Numbered from the stretch's first letter, positions 1 to 12,096 are shown. The stretch is 64,000 nt of DNA from Chloroflexota bacterium (GCA_040752335.1 JBFMEV010000012.1:6487-70486), one strand, 5' to 3'. Numbers and translations: made by a program. Notes: generated by a model from the letters alone, not told the origin.

Positions 1-921
1 CTCGCCAGCCGCGTCGAGACGGCCGACGAGGGGCCGACCGAGTCGCCGACCGAGTCGCCGGACGCATCGGGCGACCCAGCTGCGGCCCCGACCGTAAGCC
101 CGGCGGCCACGCGTTCGCCGAAGCCCGACAAGACGCCGAAGCCGGGCCGGACCGCGAGCCCCGGGGCAGGCCAGAGCGGCTCGCCCGACGCATCGCCGGA
201 CGCGACGCCCGGGCCCGCCGAGGACCATCCGGTGTCGTTCCTCCTCGACCCGTCGACTTCGCCCGCGACCGTCGTCGTGCTCGCCGGCCAAGACATCTGG
301 CGGCCGGTCGTCAACACGGAATCCGGAACGATCGTGTACTGGGCGGGCACGCTCGTGGCCGACGAGGCTGGCACGGGCTGGGAGCTGGGCACGGGCCGTC
401 TCGTGATCGACGGCTGGGTGGACCCGGCGGTGCCGCCCGCCGTCAGCCCGGACCCCGGTGCCTCGGCCGGCGGGTCAGGGGACCTGGCCACGAGCCCGCC
501 GCCGAGCGCGACCTCGACCGCGTCGATCGACCCCCTACCCAGCCCCGTGCCCACCCCGCCGCCGGGCCCTGCCGGCACCCCGGTGGATCTCGCCGCGGGC
601 CCCGTGACCGACTTCGACGTCCGCTTCGACCCCACCGGGACGCGCCTGGCTGTCTGGATCCGCGATCCGGAGAACCCCGGCCTGGGCACCCTCCGGCTCG
701 TGGTCATCGATCCCCGGGACGGGCTCATCGATCCGGCCCTGGACCCGCTTCCGGCAACCACGGCGCTGCGCGGCTTCTCCATCGGCGAGGGCCGCGTCGC
801 CTGGGTCACGCCGCCCGGCCAGGACGGCAACGCCAGCCACGTCCACGTCCTGGCCTGGACCGGCGACGAGTTCGGCCAGGTCCGGAGCATCGCGGCGGAT
901 CGCCTGTTCGTCGTTCGCTGA
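1..921 (+). CDS. 5'-truncated exported protein with Pro/Ser/Thr-rich linkers and a beta-propeller-like (TolB/PD40-like) C-terminus
   Basis: Frame 1 is open from base 1 (LASRVETADEGPTESPTESP...) into the 232..921 ORF; DVRFDPTGTRLAVW resembles a propeller blade. Confidence 0.55.
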   Translation, partial: LASRVETADEGPTESPTESPDASGDPAAAPTVSPAATRSPKPDKTPKPGRTASPGAGQSGSPDASPDATPGPAEDHPVSFLLDPSTSPATVVVLAGQDIWRPVVNTESGTIVYWAGTLVADEAGTGWELGTGRLVIDGWVDPAVPPAVSPDPGASAGGSGDLATSPPPSATSTASIDPLPSPVPTPPPGPAGTPVDLAAGPVTDFDVRFDPTGTRLAVWIRDPENPGLGTLRLVVIDPRDGLIDPALDPLPATTALRGFSIGEGRVAWVTPPGQDGNASHVHVLAWTGDEFGQVRSIAADRLFVVR

Positions 922-991
922 GCCATCGCCGCCCGCTCGGGGGGCACGGGCGCGGCTTCCGCGATACCGCGCGATGCCGTATCGTCGCCCG

Positions 992-1549
992 ATGCGACCC
1001 AGCAGGACGGTCGCGATCGCGGTGCTCACCGCCGCGCTCGCGCTCGGCGGGCTGCCGGGCCTCGCGGGCTCCCGCCAACCGAGCCGCGAGCAGCCCATCG
1101 ACGCGGCCTCGTTCCGGGACGTCATCCTCGCGGCGGCCGGCGACCGATCGATCGGGACGATCTCGGCGCCCGACTCGGCGAGCGCCGCGGCCGGCGTCCT
1201 CGGTCCGGGCGACCGGCTGGCAGATTCGCCGCCCGCCCCAGGGGCAGCGCCGGTCGATCGGCCGGCCATGACGGTCCCGACCGTCCCGGCGGCATGGGAA
1301 TGGAAGGCGCCCCGCTACACCCTCAGCGGCTACGCGACGTTCTACGACAACGGGACCACGGCGATGCGCCTGCCGCGCGGCACGGTCGTAGTGATCTGCG
1401 GCAACGCCGCCTGCATCGAGCGGGTCGTCAACGACTACGGCCCGATCAAGCAGGAGCGGATCGTGGACCTCTACCGGCCCGACTTCTTCAGGATCTGCGG
1501 CTGCGGCTGGTGGGCCGGCACGACCTGGGTGACCGTCCGGGTCTACTGA
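992..1549 (+). CDS. Secreted RlpA-like double-psi beta-barrel protein
   Basis: Signal peptide MRPSRTVAIAVLTAALAL; ATFY...LPRGTVVVIC...VNDYGP...IVDL motif; TATCGT 6 nt upstream of ATG 992. Confidence 0.65.
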   Translation: MRPSRTVAIAVLTAALALGGLPGLAGSRQPSREQPIDAASFRDVILAAAGDRSIGTISAPDSASAAAGVLGPGDRLADSPPAPGAAPVDRPAMTVPTVPAAWEWKAPRYTLSGYATFYDNGTTAMRLPRGTVVVICGNAACIERVVNDYGPIKQERIVDLYRPDFFRICGCGWWAGTTWVTVRVY

Positions 1550-1567
1550 TCGGGCCCATTGATCGGG

Positions 1568-3338
<1,771 letters not shown>

Positions 3339-3342
<4 letters not shown>

Positions 3343-4772
3343 CGCTCGAGGTCCACGCGCCCACGTCGGTGGGCGCCCGGCTCGTCGACCTCGAGATCAG
3401 CCGGGCCTGGCTCGTGGATCCCGCGAGTGGCCGGGAAGGCCCGGGCGAGATCGTCGTCAGCGACGGGGTCCTCCAGGCGGTCACCTGGCTCGAGGGCGCC
3501 GAAGCCGACGGCATCGATGCCTCCGGGGTCATCGTGGCGCCCGGCTTCATCGATCTCCACGCCCACCTCCGCGAACCCGGCAACGAAGACGCCGAGACGG
3601 TCGCGTCGGGGTTGGCCGCGGCGGCCCATGGCGGCTTCACGACCGTGTGCGCGATGCCGAACACCACGCCGGCCCTCGACGAGCCGAGCGTCCTCGCGCG
3701 GATCCGGGACGCGGCCTCGGCCTCGGGCTCGCCGGTCACGCTGCTCGCGCACGGGGCCGTCTCCTCGGGACGGAGAGGGGAGCAGCTGGCGGCGCTCGGC
3801 GAGCTGGCCGATGCCGGCGTCGTGGGGTTCTCCGATGACGGCGCGCCGGTCCGCTCGGCATCGCTGTTCCGGAACGCCCTGGCGTACGCGGGGATGCTCG
3901 GCCTGCCGATCGTCGACCATCCCGAGGACGCGACGCTCACCGAGGGCGCCGAGGCGAACGAGGGCTTGATCGCCACGGTCCTCGGCCTGCGTGGTTGGCC
4001 GCGGGCCGCCGAGGCGGATGCCGTGGCCCGCGACCTGGCGATCCTGGCCGACGTCGTGGGCGAGGTCCCCGGCGCGCGTCTCCACCTGACTCATCTCTCG
4101 ACGGCCGCGTCCCTCGCCCACGTGCGACTCGCCAAGGCCGCCGGGCTGCCCGTCACGTGCGACGTGACGCCACACCACCTCGCCCTCACCGAGGAGTGGC
4201 TGGCCGGGGCGCGCCGCTGGGGCTGGGATGCCCTGGATGACGATGGCGATGCCCGCGATCCCTGGCGCGACGGGACGATCTCCGCCCTGCCCTTCGATCC
4301 TTCGCTGCGGGTCAACCCGCCGCTCCGCTCGGCGGTCGATGCCGCGGCCTGCCTGGCCGCCCTCGCCGACGGCACGGTCGACGCGATCGCCACGGATCAC
4401 GCCCCTCACGCCGAGGTTGACAAGGCCGTGGAGTTCGGGCTGGCCGCCAACGGGATCAGCGGCATCGAGACGGCCCTGGGCATCACCCTCGCGGCCGTCG
4501 ACGCCGGTCGGCTGTCGCTGGCGACCGCGATCGCGGCCCTCACGACCGGGCCGGCCCGAGTCCTCGGTGATCGCGGACCTGGCACGCGAGGACTCGTCGA
4601 AGGCGAGTCCGCCAATATCGTGGTCTTCGACCGCTCGGCAACCTGGCGGGTCGAGGCCGACGCCCTCGCCTCGAACGGCAAGAACTCACCGATCCTCGGC
4701 CGCGACCTCCCGGGTCGGGTGCTCCTGACCGTCGCCGGTGGCCGGATCGCCTACGAAGCGCCGGACGCCTGA
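3339..4772 (+). CDS. pyrC: Dihydroorotase
   Basis: DLHAHLREPG, GFSDDG, VNPPLR, IATDHAPH motifs; follows pyrB. Confidence 0.95.
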
Positions 4773-4785
4773 TCGGGACTCCAGG

Positions 4786-6330
4786 TCACGGCAGTTCGCT
4801 CGCCTGCGGCATCGGGAAGGCGCTCCAGACGAGCTCTCCGGTCGCGTCGGCGACGATGAAGCTGCCGACCTGGTTGGAGCCCGACTCGACTGCGCGGATG
4901 TACCACACGAGGTCGAGTCCGTTCGGATCGACGTCAGTCGTCGGGTCGAGGCCTGCGACGTCACGCTCCTCGAGCAGGGTCACCGACTGGATCGACGCGG
5001 CTGCGGCGATGCTTCGCCGAACGACCTGCTCCACGGCCGCAATGTCCCGGGTCGGCACCGGCACGTTCGTTCCATTGCTGCTTCCTGCTCGAGCGCCTCG
5101 TGCCTCGCCGTCATGCCACGCGATCCGATCGACAACGAAGAGGGAGATACACGCATACCTCCCGAGGTGCGAGCAGGTGACATGCAGCGGATCGTCGAAG
5201 TGCCCGACGAGAATCACCGGCTGCGGCGTCTGGCGCTCGGCCAGGAACTCGCTTCCCCAGAACGGCGAGAAGAACGGCGCCAGGGCAGCTCCCGATGGTG
5301 GTGACTTGGCATCGATGCTCTGGGGGATGTCCGTCAGGAGCTCCTGACCGGCGTGGCAATAGCGCTCAAGTGGGCTCCACGCCTCGATCGGCGGCGGGCA
5401 GGATATCGTGATCGAGACTGATTCGGCGTACCAGCCGCCGATCGCGACCCCGATCCCGTGGGCCTCGCCGGCATCGCGGCGGCGGAGGGTCTCTTCAACG
5501 GTCCACACGGGGATGCCGTCGATGTCAGCCGGGAAGACCGCGTCATACGCCGCGCCGTCGACCCAGGCCACCTGGTCGACGACGAAGCGTCTGGCGCACA
5601 CTTCGGGGCTGTCGATCAGGCAGCGGTCGGCGCGTGGGTCGTTGAAATGGCCGACGAAGACGACCGCGTTTGGTGTGGAAGCGCCCTTGGTCGGCAGCGG
5701 GTACACCCAGCTCCGGTCGACGTCCTCGAAGACCGGGTTGAACGCCGGTCCGGTCGGCGGACTGTCCGAACCGGATGTCCCCGTACGGTGAATCAGTGAC
5801 TCGGGGTTCGCCATCAGCCAGGTGAACGCGATCGTGCAGTCACCCTCGAGCGGTCGCACCGGGTCGCCGGGCATGGCCAGGCAGCGCATCGCCCCTGGAT
5901 GCCGGAACCAGCCCGCGACAGCGATCTCGGTGGCGTCACCTCGATCGCGCACCTCGATCGCCTCGGGCACGGTCAGGACCTCGACCCCGAAGATCGCTGC
6001 CGGGAATGCGGCGGTCGGTGTCCCGGCCAGGGTCGAGGTCGGCGATCCTGCCGCTGACACGCTCGCGGCCGGCGAGGCGGCCGGGAGGCCATTCGAGACC
6101 AGGACTCCCACGGCGATGACCACGACAGCGACGGCGGCGACGGCGCCCGCGCCGGCCCCGGACGAGCGAAGCCATCCCAGCCCGGCCCCGCGAGGCCGCG
6201 CTCTCGAGGCCGCAGCCTCGGCGAGTCGATCCTCGAGGTCGCGGGGCGCGGTCACGTCGAAGGCCTCTCGAAAGGCCGCCGCGAGTCGGTCATCGTCCCA
6301 GGGCTCCTTCCCCGTCCCGGTGCCCGTCAC
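4786..6330 (-). CDS. Putative membrane-anchored anti-sigma factor with two tandem four-Cys extracytoplasmic domains
   Basis: Overlaps the ECF sigma stop; short N-terminal helix (DDRLAAAF...APRDLEDRL), one TM, then two repeats with GW...C...C...GHF(N/D)DP...C...C...FVV..VAW. Confidence 0.7.
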   Translation of the reverse strand: MTGTGTGKEPWDDDRLAAAFREAFDVTAPRDLEDRLAEAAASRARPRGAGLGWLRSSGAGAGAVAAVAVVVIAVGVLVSNGLPAASPAASVSAAGSPTSTLAGTPTAAFPAAIFGVEVLTVPEAIEVRDRGDATEIAVAGWFRHPGAMRCLAMPGDPVRPLEGDCTIAFTWLMANPESLIHRTGTSGSDSPPTGPAFNPVFEDVDRSWVYPLPTKGASTPNAVVFVGHFNDPRADRCLIDSPEVCARRFVVDQVAWVDGAAYDAVFPADIDGIPVWTVEETLRRRDAGEAHGIGVAIGGWYAESVSITISCPPPIEAWSPLERYCHAGQELLTDIPQSIDAKSPPSGAALAPFFSPFWGSEFLAERQTPQPVILVGHFDDPLHVTCSHLGRYACISLFVVDRIAWHDGEARGARAGSSNGTNVPVPTRDIAAVEQVVRRSIAAAASIQSVTLLEERDVAGLDPTTDVDPNGLDLVWYIRAVESGSNQVGSFIVADATGELVWSAFPMPQASELP

Positions 6331-6866
6331 CGGCCGTCCTCACGGGCCAGCGCCGTTTCGAGCGCCCGGCGGGCCGCATACAGGCGCGACTTCACGGTTC
6401 CGACCGGGACCTCGAGGATCGCCGCGATCTCGTCGAGCCCCCGGCCCTCGAGGTGGTGGAGGGCGAGGAGGGCCCGCTGGTCGGCGTCGAGGTAACCCAG
6501 AGCGGCGGCGAGGCGCGAGCCGTCCGACGGCATCGGTCGGGCCTCGATCGACGCGGTCGACACGAACGCCTCATCGGGGATCTCGCGGACCCGCCGTCGG
6601 CGCCGCCCGCGGACCGCCATTCGGGCCGTGTTGACCACGATCCGGTGGAGCCAGGCGTCGAACCGGACGACATCACGGAGATGCGGGAGCTGCCGCCAGG
6701 CGGCCACGAAGCTGTCCTGGACGATGTCGGCGGCGTCGGCGTCGTCGCCGGCGATCGCGAGCGCGAGTCGGTACACGGCATCCATCCGGCTTCGAACGAT
6801 CGCGGCGAGGGCCTCCGCGTCGCCCCGCCGAGCTTGCTCGATGAGGGTCAGTTCGGCGGGTTCGAT
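6327..6866 (-). CDS. ECF-family RNA polymerase sigma factor
   Basis: DAADIVQDSFVAAW, FDAWLHRIVVN, EIAAILEVPVGTVKSRL; frame stays open upstream of the ATG at 6785 (LIEQARRGDAEALAAI), so the start may be ATC at 6866 after GGGAG. Confidence 0.93.
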   Translation of the reverse strand: MEPAELTLIEQARRGDAEALAAIVRSRMDAVYRLALAIAGDDADAADIVQDSFVAAWRQLPHLRDVVRFDAWLHRIVVNTARMAVRGRRRRRVREIPDEAFVSTASIEARPMPSDGSRLAAALGYLDADQRALLALHHLEGRGLDEIAAILEVPVGTVKSRLYAARRALETALAREDGR

Positions 6867-6894
6867 GGGCTGCTCCCGTCCGTTCTGTCTACCT

Positions 6895-6920
6895 GATGCC
6901 GCTCGAGGGCCGTTGGTTCA
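6895..6920 (-). promoter_or_regulatory. ECF-type promoter TGAACC-N15-GCATC, probably autoregulatory
   Basis: Minus strand TGAACCaacggccctcgagcgGCATC directly upstream of the sigma gene. Confidence 0.55.
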
Positions 6921-7505
6921 CGGGTTCTCGACGCCGTCGGCCCAGGCGACTACGGTGACGACGAGGCGCTCGCGGCAGAGTGGCTGATCCTCGGGCCGGC
7001 AGCCGGCGGCCCGGGCGTCGTTGAAGTGGCCGATGAAGACGACGGGCGTCGGCACGGCGTCGCCCGTGGCGGGCAGCGGCCGTGCCCAGCTCGTGTCGGG
7101 GCCGTCGAACACGGGGTGGATCGCCGGGCTCGTGGGCGAGCTCCCGCTCATGCCGTTCGGGTCGATCCGGAGGATGGACTCGGATTCGGACATCAACCAG
7201 GTCATCTCGATCGAGCAGTCGCCATTCAGGATGGCGACGACCGGTGGCTCCGGCGCCGGACAGGGGATCGGCAGCGACCCCTGGTACCAGCCCGAGACGG
7301 CGACGTCGGTGTCGGCCTCCAGGCGCTGCACCTCGATGGCGTCGGCGATCGAGATGACATCGAGGCCATTGGCGGAAGCGGGGAACTCGGAGTCCGTCGA
7401 CCGGTCGGGCGATCGCATCTGGCTGGTCAGGAAGAGCGCCGCGGCGAGGGCTGCCAGGAGGATCCAGGCCACGCTGACCGGCACTCGGTCGCCGTCGTCG
7501 CTCAC
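6918..7505 (-). CDS. Membrane-anchored single-copy paralog of the anti-sigma four-Cys domain
   Basis: GTG 7505; TM AWILLAALAAALFL; VSGWY..C..GDC..TWLM..VVFIGHFND..C..C..LVV..VAWADG aligns with the 4786..6330 repeats. Confidence 0.75.
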   Translation of the reverse strand: MSDDGDRVPVSVAWILLAALAAALFLTSQMRSPDRSTDSEFPASANGLDVISIADAIEVQRLEADTDVAVSGWYQGSLPIPCPAPEPPVVAILNGDCSIEMTWLMSESESILRIDPNGMSGSSPTSPAIHPVFDGPDTSWARPLPATGDAVPTPVVFIGHFNDARAAGCRPEDQPLCRERLVVTVVAWADGVENP

Positions 7506-7567
7506 CGACGGAGGATCACCCCGCGAACCGGTCCTCGGCAAGGGCCATCCGGCGGCTACGATGACCG

Positions 7568-8926
7568 GTGATGGCCGCCAAGCCGCAGCTGAATCGCGAC
7601 TACGAGCGCCGGCCCTACTGGTGGGCGACGATGCCGCCGCTCCACGACCGCGGGGGCCGGCAGCTGCCAGACACCGTCGACGTCGCAATCGTCGGCGGCG
7701 GCTACACGGGCGTTGCGGCGGCCCGCAAGCTCGCCCTCCAGGGGGCGAAGGCCGTCCTCCTCGAGGCCGACACCCTCGGCTGGGGGGCTTCGAGCCGCAA
7801 CGGCGGGATCTGCCATCCTGGGTTCAAGTGGGGTCCCCGGACGCTGGAGAAGCGGTACGGACCGACGCTCGCCCGGGCGTTGTACCGCGAGACCCTCGAG
7901 GCGCTCGAGCTGGTCTTCGGGCTCATCCGCGACAACGACATCGATGCCGAGCTCCGCCCGGCGGGCTGGCTGGAGCTGGCCTGGGCGCCCAGCCACTTCG
8001 AGGACTTCGCCGCCGAGGCGGCCTCGCTCGAGGACTTCGGGGTCCACAGCCGGGTCGTCGAGAAGGACCGGCTCCGCGAGGAGATCGGGACACCGATGTA
8101 CCACGGCGGCCTGGCGACCGAACCCGGAGGCGTCCTCCACCCGGCGAAGTGGTTCGCGGGGCTCCTGGGGCTGGCCGAGCGGGCGGGCGCGGACCTCCAC
8201 GAGCGGACGGCGGTTCGCTCGATCCGGCGCCAGGCCGACGGCCGCTTCGTCGTCGAGACCGCTCGGGGCGCGATCCTGGCCCGCGACGTCCTCGTCGCAA
8301 CGAACGGCTACACGGACGGTGCCGCGCCGTCGGTCCGACGGCGAATCGTCCCGATCGGGAGCTACATCATCGCCACCGAGCCGCTCCCGGGGGATCTCGC
8401 CCACGAGCTCTCACCCACCGGCCGGGCCTACTTCGACACCAAGAACTTCCTGTCGTACTGGCACGTCTCGGCCGATCGCCGGCTCATCTTCGGTGGCCGG
8501 GTCAGCTTCATCCCGACGACGGTCGACCGGACGGCCCGGCTGCTGTTCGGACGGATGCTCGACATCCACCCCCAGGTCGCCGGCTACCGGGTCGAGTACT
8601 CGTGGGGCGGCAAGGTCGCGATGACCCTCGACCGGATGCCCCACATCGGCCGGCTCGGCGGCGTCATGCACGCGGTCGGCTACTCGGGGACCGGTGTCCT
8701 GATGTCGACGTACCTCGGAACGCGGGCGGCGGAGTGGCTGGGCGGCGGAGAACCGCCGGCCCTGGCCAAGCTGCCGTTCCGCCTCGTCCCCGCCCCGTAC
8801 GAGGGCCGGCCGTGGTTCCTGCCGGTCATCGGCGAGCTGTTCCGGTGGCAGGACCGGCTGGCCGTCCGCGGCGTGGCGAACCCAGATGCGTCCCTCGGGG
8901 GATCGGAACGGACAGCCGGTCGCTGA
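7568..8926 (+). CDS. FAD-dependent oxidoreductase, DadA/PuuB (gamma-glutamylputrescine oxidase-like) family
   Basis: VAIVGGGYTG, GASSRNGG, LHPAK, ATNGYT, GYSGTG motifs. Confidence 0.85.
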   Translation: MMAAKPQLNRDYERRPYWWATMPPLHDRGGRQLPDTVDVAIVGGGYTGVAAARKLALQGAKAVLLEADTLGWGASSRNGGICHPGFKWGPRTLEKRYGPTLARALYRETLEALELVFGLIRDNDIDAELRPAGWLELAWAPSHFEDFAAEAASLEDFGVHSRVVEKDRLREEIGTPMYHGGLATEPGGVLHPAKWFAGLLGLAERAGADLHERTAVRSIRRQADGRFVVETARGAILARDVLVATNGYTDGAAPSVRRRIVPIGSYIIATEPLPGDLAHELSPTGRAYFDTKNFLSYWHVSADRRLIFGGRVSFIPTTVDRTARLLFGRMLDIHPQVAGYRVEYSWGGKVAMTLDRMPHIGRLGGVMHAVGYSGTGVLMSTYLGTRAAEWLGGGEPPALAKLPFRLVPAPYEGRPWFLPVIGELFRWQDRLAVRGVANPDASLGGSERTAGR

Positions 8927-9447
8927 TCGGGCCGGCCCTGGCGGCCGGGCTGTGGCTCGGTCTCGCCGTCCCGGCGCCCGGCCTTGCTGCCGACCCGACG
9001 GCAAGTCCGCAACCCACGCCGCTCCCGCCCACCTGCGCCGAGCGCTACCCGGCCGAGGGGCCGGGCGGGGTCGACCTCATGCTCGGCTGCGTCGTCAACG
9101 AGCTCGTCGGTTACGCCACCGGCCTGGAGCCGTCGGATGCCCCGGCGCGGCTGTCGGCGTACGCCTGGCCGATCGCGCTCGCGATCGTGGCCGTGGTCGC
9201 GGTCGCGGTGGCCGTCCGGGCGATCCAGCGACGGGCCGCCAGGCGGTTGGCACCGGCGGCACCGGTGGCGTGGCGGTCATGTCCGGCCTGCCACTCGGTC
9301 ACGCCTGCCGATCGACCGACCTGCTATCGCTGCGGCCGGCCACTCGACCCCGCGACGACCGAGCTCCGAACGGATGCCGAGCCGCCCGCCCCGCAATCGT
9401 TCGGCCGGAGGTACAACGGCCGGCCCCGAAAGGATCAGCCCGGCTAG
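8923..9447 (+). CDS. Membrane protein with C-terminal zinc ribbon (start uncertain)
   Basis: Signal-like LAAGLWLGLAVP, Cys pair, TM WPIALAIVAVVAVAVAV, then CPAC-x10-CYRC; no in-frame ATG/GTG nearby. Confidence 0.55.
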   Translation: MIGPALAAGLWLGLAVPAPGLAADPTASPQPTPLPPTCAERYPAEGPGGVDLMLGCVVNELVGYATGLEPSDAPARLSAYAWPIALAIVAVVAVAVAVRAIQRRAARRLAPAAPVAWRSCPACHSVTPADRPTCYRCGRPLDPATTELRTDAEPPAPQSFGRRYNGRPRKDQPG

Positions 9448-9453
9448 GGCTGG

Positions 9454-11040
9454 CTATCCGGCGCCGAGCTCCCGGAGGTGCTCGAGCAATCGGTCGACGT
9501 CGGCAGTCGTCGCCTGGGTGTTGAGCATGCCAGCCCGGAGCCAGGTGCCGCCCCGGAGCCGCGTCGTCGACAGCCAGCCGTCACCGGATGCTTCGAGACC
9601 CGCCTGGATCCGGTCCTGGAGGGCATCCAGGTCGTGGCCCTCGGCCGCTGCCGGCGGCCGGTAGCGGAAGCAGACGACCGACAGCGGTGGCACGGCCGGG
9701 AGCGCCTCGAAGTCGGGGGCATCGGCGACGCGGCCGGCGAGATGGGCGGCGAGATCGAGGTTGGCCGCGACGAGCCGCCCGAGCCCGGCCGTCCCGAGAT
9801 GCTTCCAGGACAGCCACAGCTTCAGCGCCCGCCACCGGCGGGTGCCCTCGAAGCCCAGCTTCCAGAAGTTCAGCTGGCCGGCCTCGTCCGAGTGCCCGTC
9901 GTCGCCGGTCGACGGCATCGGTGCGTGGCCGCTGCGGTAATACTCCGGCCGGCGGCTGCCGAAGACCGCCTCCAAGTCGGCGCCGCGGCGGACCATCAGG
10001 CCACCGATGTCGTAGGCCTGGAAGAACCACTTGTGGGGATCGACGGTCACCGAGTCCGCTCGCTCCAGGGCCGGCACACGGGCGGCCTCACGGTCGGAGA
10101 GGCGAACCGCCGCCCCGTACGCCGCGTCGACGTGGAGCCACAGGCCCGCGCGCTCGGCGACGTCGGCGAGCTCGTCGACGGCATCGACGGACCCGGTGTT
10201 CGTGGCCCCGGCCACGGCCGAGATCGCGATCGGTGCGAGGCCGGCCGCCCGGTCATCGGCGATGGCGGCCGCGACGTCGGTCCCCCGGAGCCGGAAGTCG
10301 TCATCGGCCTTGACGAGGACAAGGCACTCGGGCGGGAAGCCCAGCTCGTCGATCGCCCGCCCGATCGAGAAGTGGGTCTGGTCGGAGGTGTAGATCCGGA
10401 GGGCCTCCAGATCCCGGCCGCGGGGCGGCCGATCCAGGCCGAGGAGTCGCGGCGCGTGGACGTCGCGGGCGAGCGCCATCGCGATGAAGTTGGCCATGAC
10501 GCCGCCCGAGGTGAGAAGCCCGAAGCTGCCCCGCCCGTAGCCGATGAGGTCGCACAGCCAGCGGACGACCTCCTCCTCGACGAACGCGGCGACCGGCCCG
10601 GCGTGCCAGACGTCGACGCCCTGCTGGGTGATCTGGGACAGGATCTCGCCGGCGATCGAGGCGACGAGCGGCGGCGGGGTGAAGTAGCCGTACGAGCGCG
10701 GATGCCAGGCGCTGACGGTGTGGGGCGCGATGCGTGTCGAGAACTCATCGAGGATCGCGGCCAGGGGCGTGGGATCCCGGGGTGCCGGGCCCGGCCCGCC
10801 GGCCGACCCGAAGTACTCGGCCCGCAGGTCGGCGTAGCCGGCCGGGCTGCCCATCGCCCGGACGAGGGCGTGGTCGTAGAGATAGTCGAGAGCGGCCTCC
10901 CAGGTCGCCGCGCCGGCGGCCCGAAGCGCCTCGCGCGAGGTCGCCTCGTCGCGGACGCCGAGGAGCTCTGGCTCCGGGTGCCAGGCGAACGCATCGAGCG
11001 GGGGCAAGCGGGGCGTCTCAGGCTGAGGTCGAGCCGGCAT
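9454..11040 (-). CDS. Group II PLP-dependent amino-acid decarboxylase
   Basis: LTSGGVMAN, GATNTGSVD, WLHVDAAYG, DSVTVDPHKW (PLP lysine). Confidence 0.92.
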   Translation of the reverse strand: MPARPQPETPRLPPLDAFAWHPEPELLGVRDEATSREALRAAGAATWEAALDYLYDHALVRAMGSPAGYADLRAEYFGSAGGPGPAPRDPTPLAAILDEFSTRIAPHTVSAWHPRSYGYFTPPPLVASIAGEILSQITQQGVDVWHAGPVAAFVEEEVVRWLCDLIGYGRGSFGLLTSGGVMANFIAMALARDVHAPRLLGLDRPPRGRDLEALRIYTSDQTHFSIGRAIDELGFPPECLVLVKADDDFRLRGTDVAAAIADDRAAGLAPIAISAVAGATNTGSVDAVDELADVAERAGLWLHVDAAYGAAVRLSDREAARVPALERADSVTVDPHKWFFQAYDIGGLMVRRGADLEAVFGSRRPEYYRSGHAPMPSTGDDGHSDEAGQLNFWKLGFEGTRRWRALKLWLSWKHLGTAGLGRLVAANLDLAAHLAGRVADAPDFEALPAVPPLSVVCFRYRPPAAAEGHDLDALQDRIQAGLEASGDGWLSTTRLRGGTWLRAGMLNTQATTADVDRLLEHLRELGAG

Positions 11041-11099
11041 CGACGGGATCGTACGGGACCGGACGGGATGCCAACCGGCCGCGCGACCCGTCCCTCAGC

Positions 11100-12032
11100 T
11101 CATGAGGCGCGATAGAGCAGCCAGGCGTCCCGCATACGCTGCCCCTGACCGACCGTGAACTCGGTGTAGCAGTCGTCGTAGGAATAGTCCATGTAGTTGT
11201 GGATCGGGTCGAGGCCCGGCGCCGGGCAGGTGTCCTTGTCCAGCGGGCAGCCCGACGTCGGCGTCTTCTCGGCCGGGGTGTCCTCGACGAAGTCGCCCTC
11301 CTTGTTGCAGCCGTTGTAGAACGTGTGCTCGAGGTTGAGCCAGTGGCCAACCTCGTGGGTCAGCGTCTCGCCCTCGTCATACCGATCGAGGTACTGGTCG
11401 GACACGTGGGGGAAGCTCGCCCAATCGAGGATGATCCCGTCGAGGTAGGCCTGGTTGGAATCGGTGATCGATGGCAGGTAGGCCCAGCCGAGGTAGGTGC
11501 CGGCCGTGTTGGTGTAGACGTTGAGGGTGTCGTCACCGCCGACCTTGAGCGCCTTCTTGATGGCCTTCTCAACGCCGCCGCCCTGCATCCTGAACCACTT
11601 GCCGTTGTCGGTGTAGTCATAGCCGGCGAGCTCGAAGGAGAAACCGGTGTCGGCACCGCCCTCACGACCCCCGTAGGTCGTGTTCAAGACACGGACCTGG
11701 GCTCGCAGGTCGTTGAGCGACAGGTAGCCGAGGTCGCCGTCCGTGATCACGTGGAACCAGACCGGGACGGTCACCGACAGGTCGGCCGGCGCGGCCCCGA
11801 TCGCGGACGTCGGCATGGGGTCGGCGACCTGGCCCGTGTCGCGTTCGCGGATGACGCCGCTGCTATCGGCGATGCCGCCGCGGGCGGCGATCCCGCCGTC
11901 GGCGCACGCGTCCGCGGCGACCCTCCAAGCCGACACGCTCGCGGCGCGGCCGGCCGAGACGGTGCTCGCGGCGAGCATTACGGTGAACGACGCCGCCGCG
12001 GCGAGCGTCAGAGCGCGGCGCAGGATGGTCAT
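11100..12032 (-). CDS. Secreted zinc metalloprotease, M43 (pappalysin/ulilysin) family
   Basis: Signal peptide; HEVGHWLNLEH zinc motif; Met-turn NYMDYS; SD GAAGGAG. Confidence 0.92.
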   Translation of the reverse strand: MTILRRALTLAAAASFTVMLAASTVSAGRAASVSAWRVAADACADGGIAARGGIADSSGVIRERDTGQVADPMPTSAIGAAPADLSVTVPVWFHVITDGDLGYLSLNDLRAQVRVLNTTYGGREGGADTGFSFELAGYDYTDNGKWFRMQGGGVEKAIKKALKVGGDDTLNVYTNTAGTYLGWAYLPSITDSNQAYLDGIILDWASFPHVSDQYLDRYDEGETLTHEVGHWLNLEHTFYNGCNKEGDFVEDTPAEKTPTSGCPLDKDTCPAPGLDPIHNYMDYSYDDCYTEFTVGQGQRMRDAWLLYRAS

Positions 12033-12096
12033 CGGTCGCTCCTTCACCTCGGGTAGGCCCGTTGGCTGGCCCCGTCAACCAGGTGCGCAGCCGACT

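Noticed and set aside
7021-9447. 808-aa ORF
   Set aside because: Only the last roughly 175 codons look real; the upstream part overlaps better-supported genes
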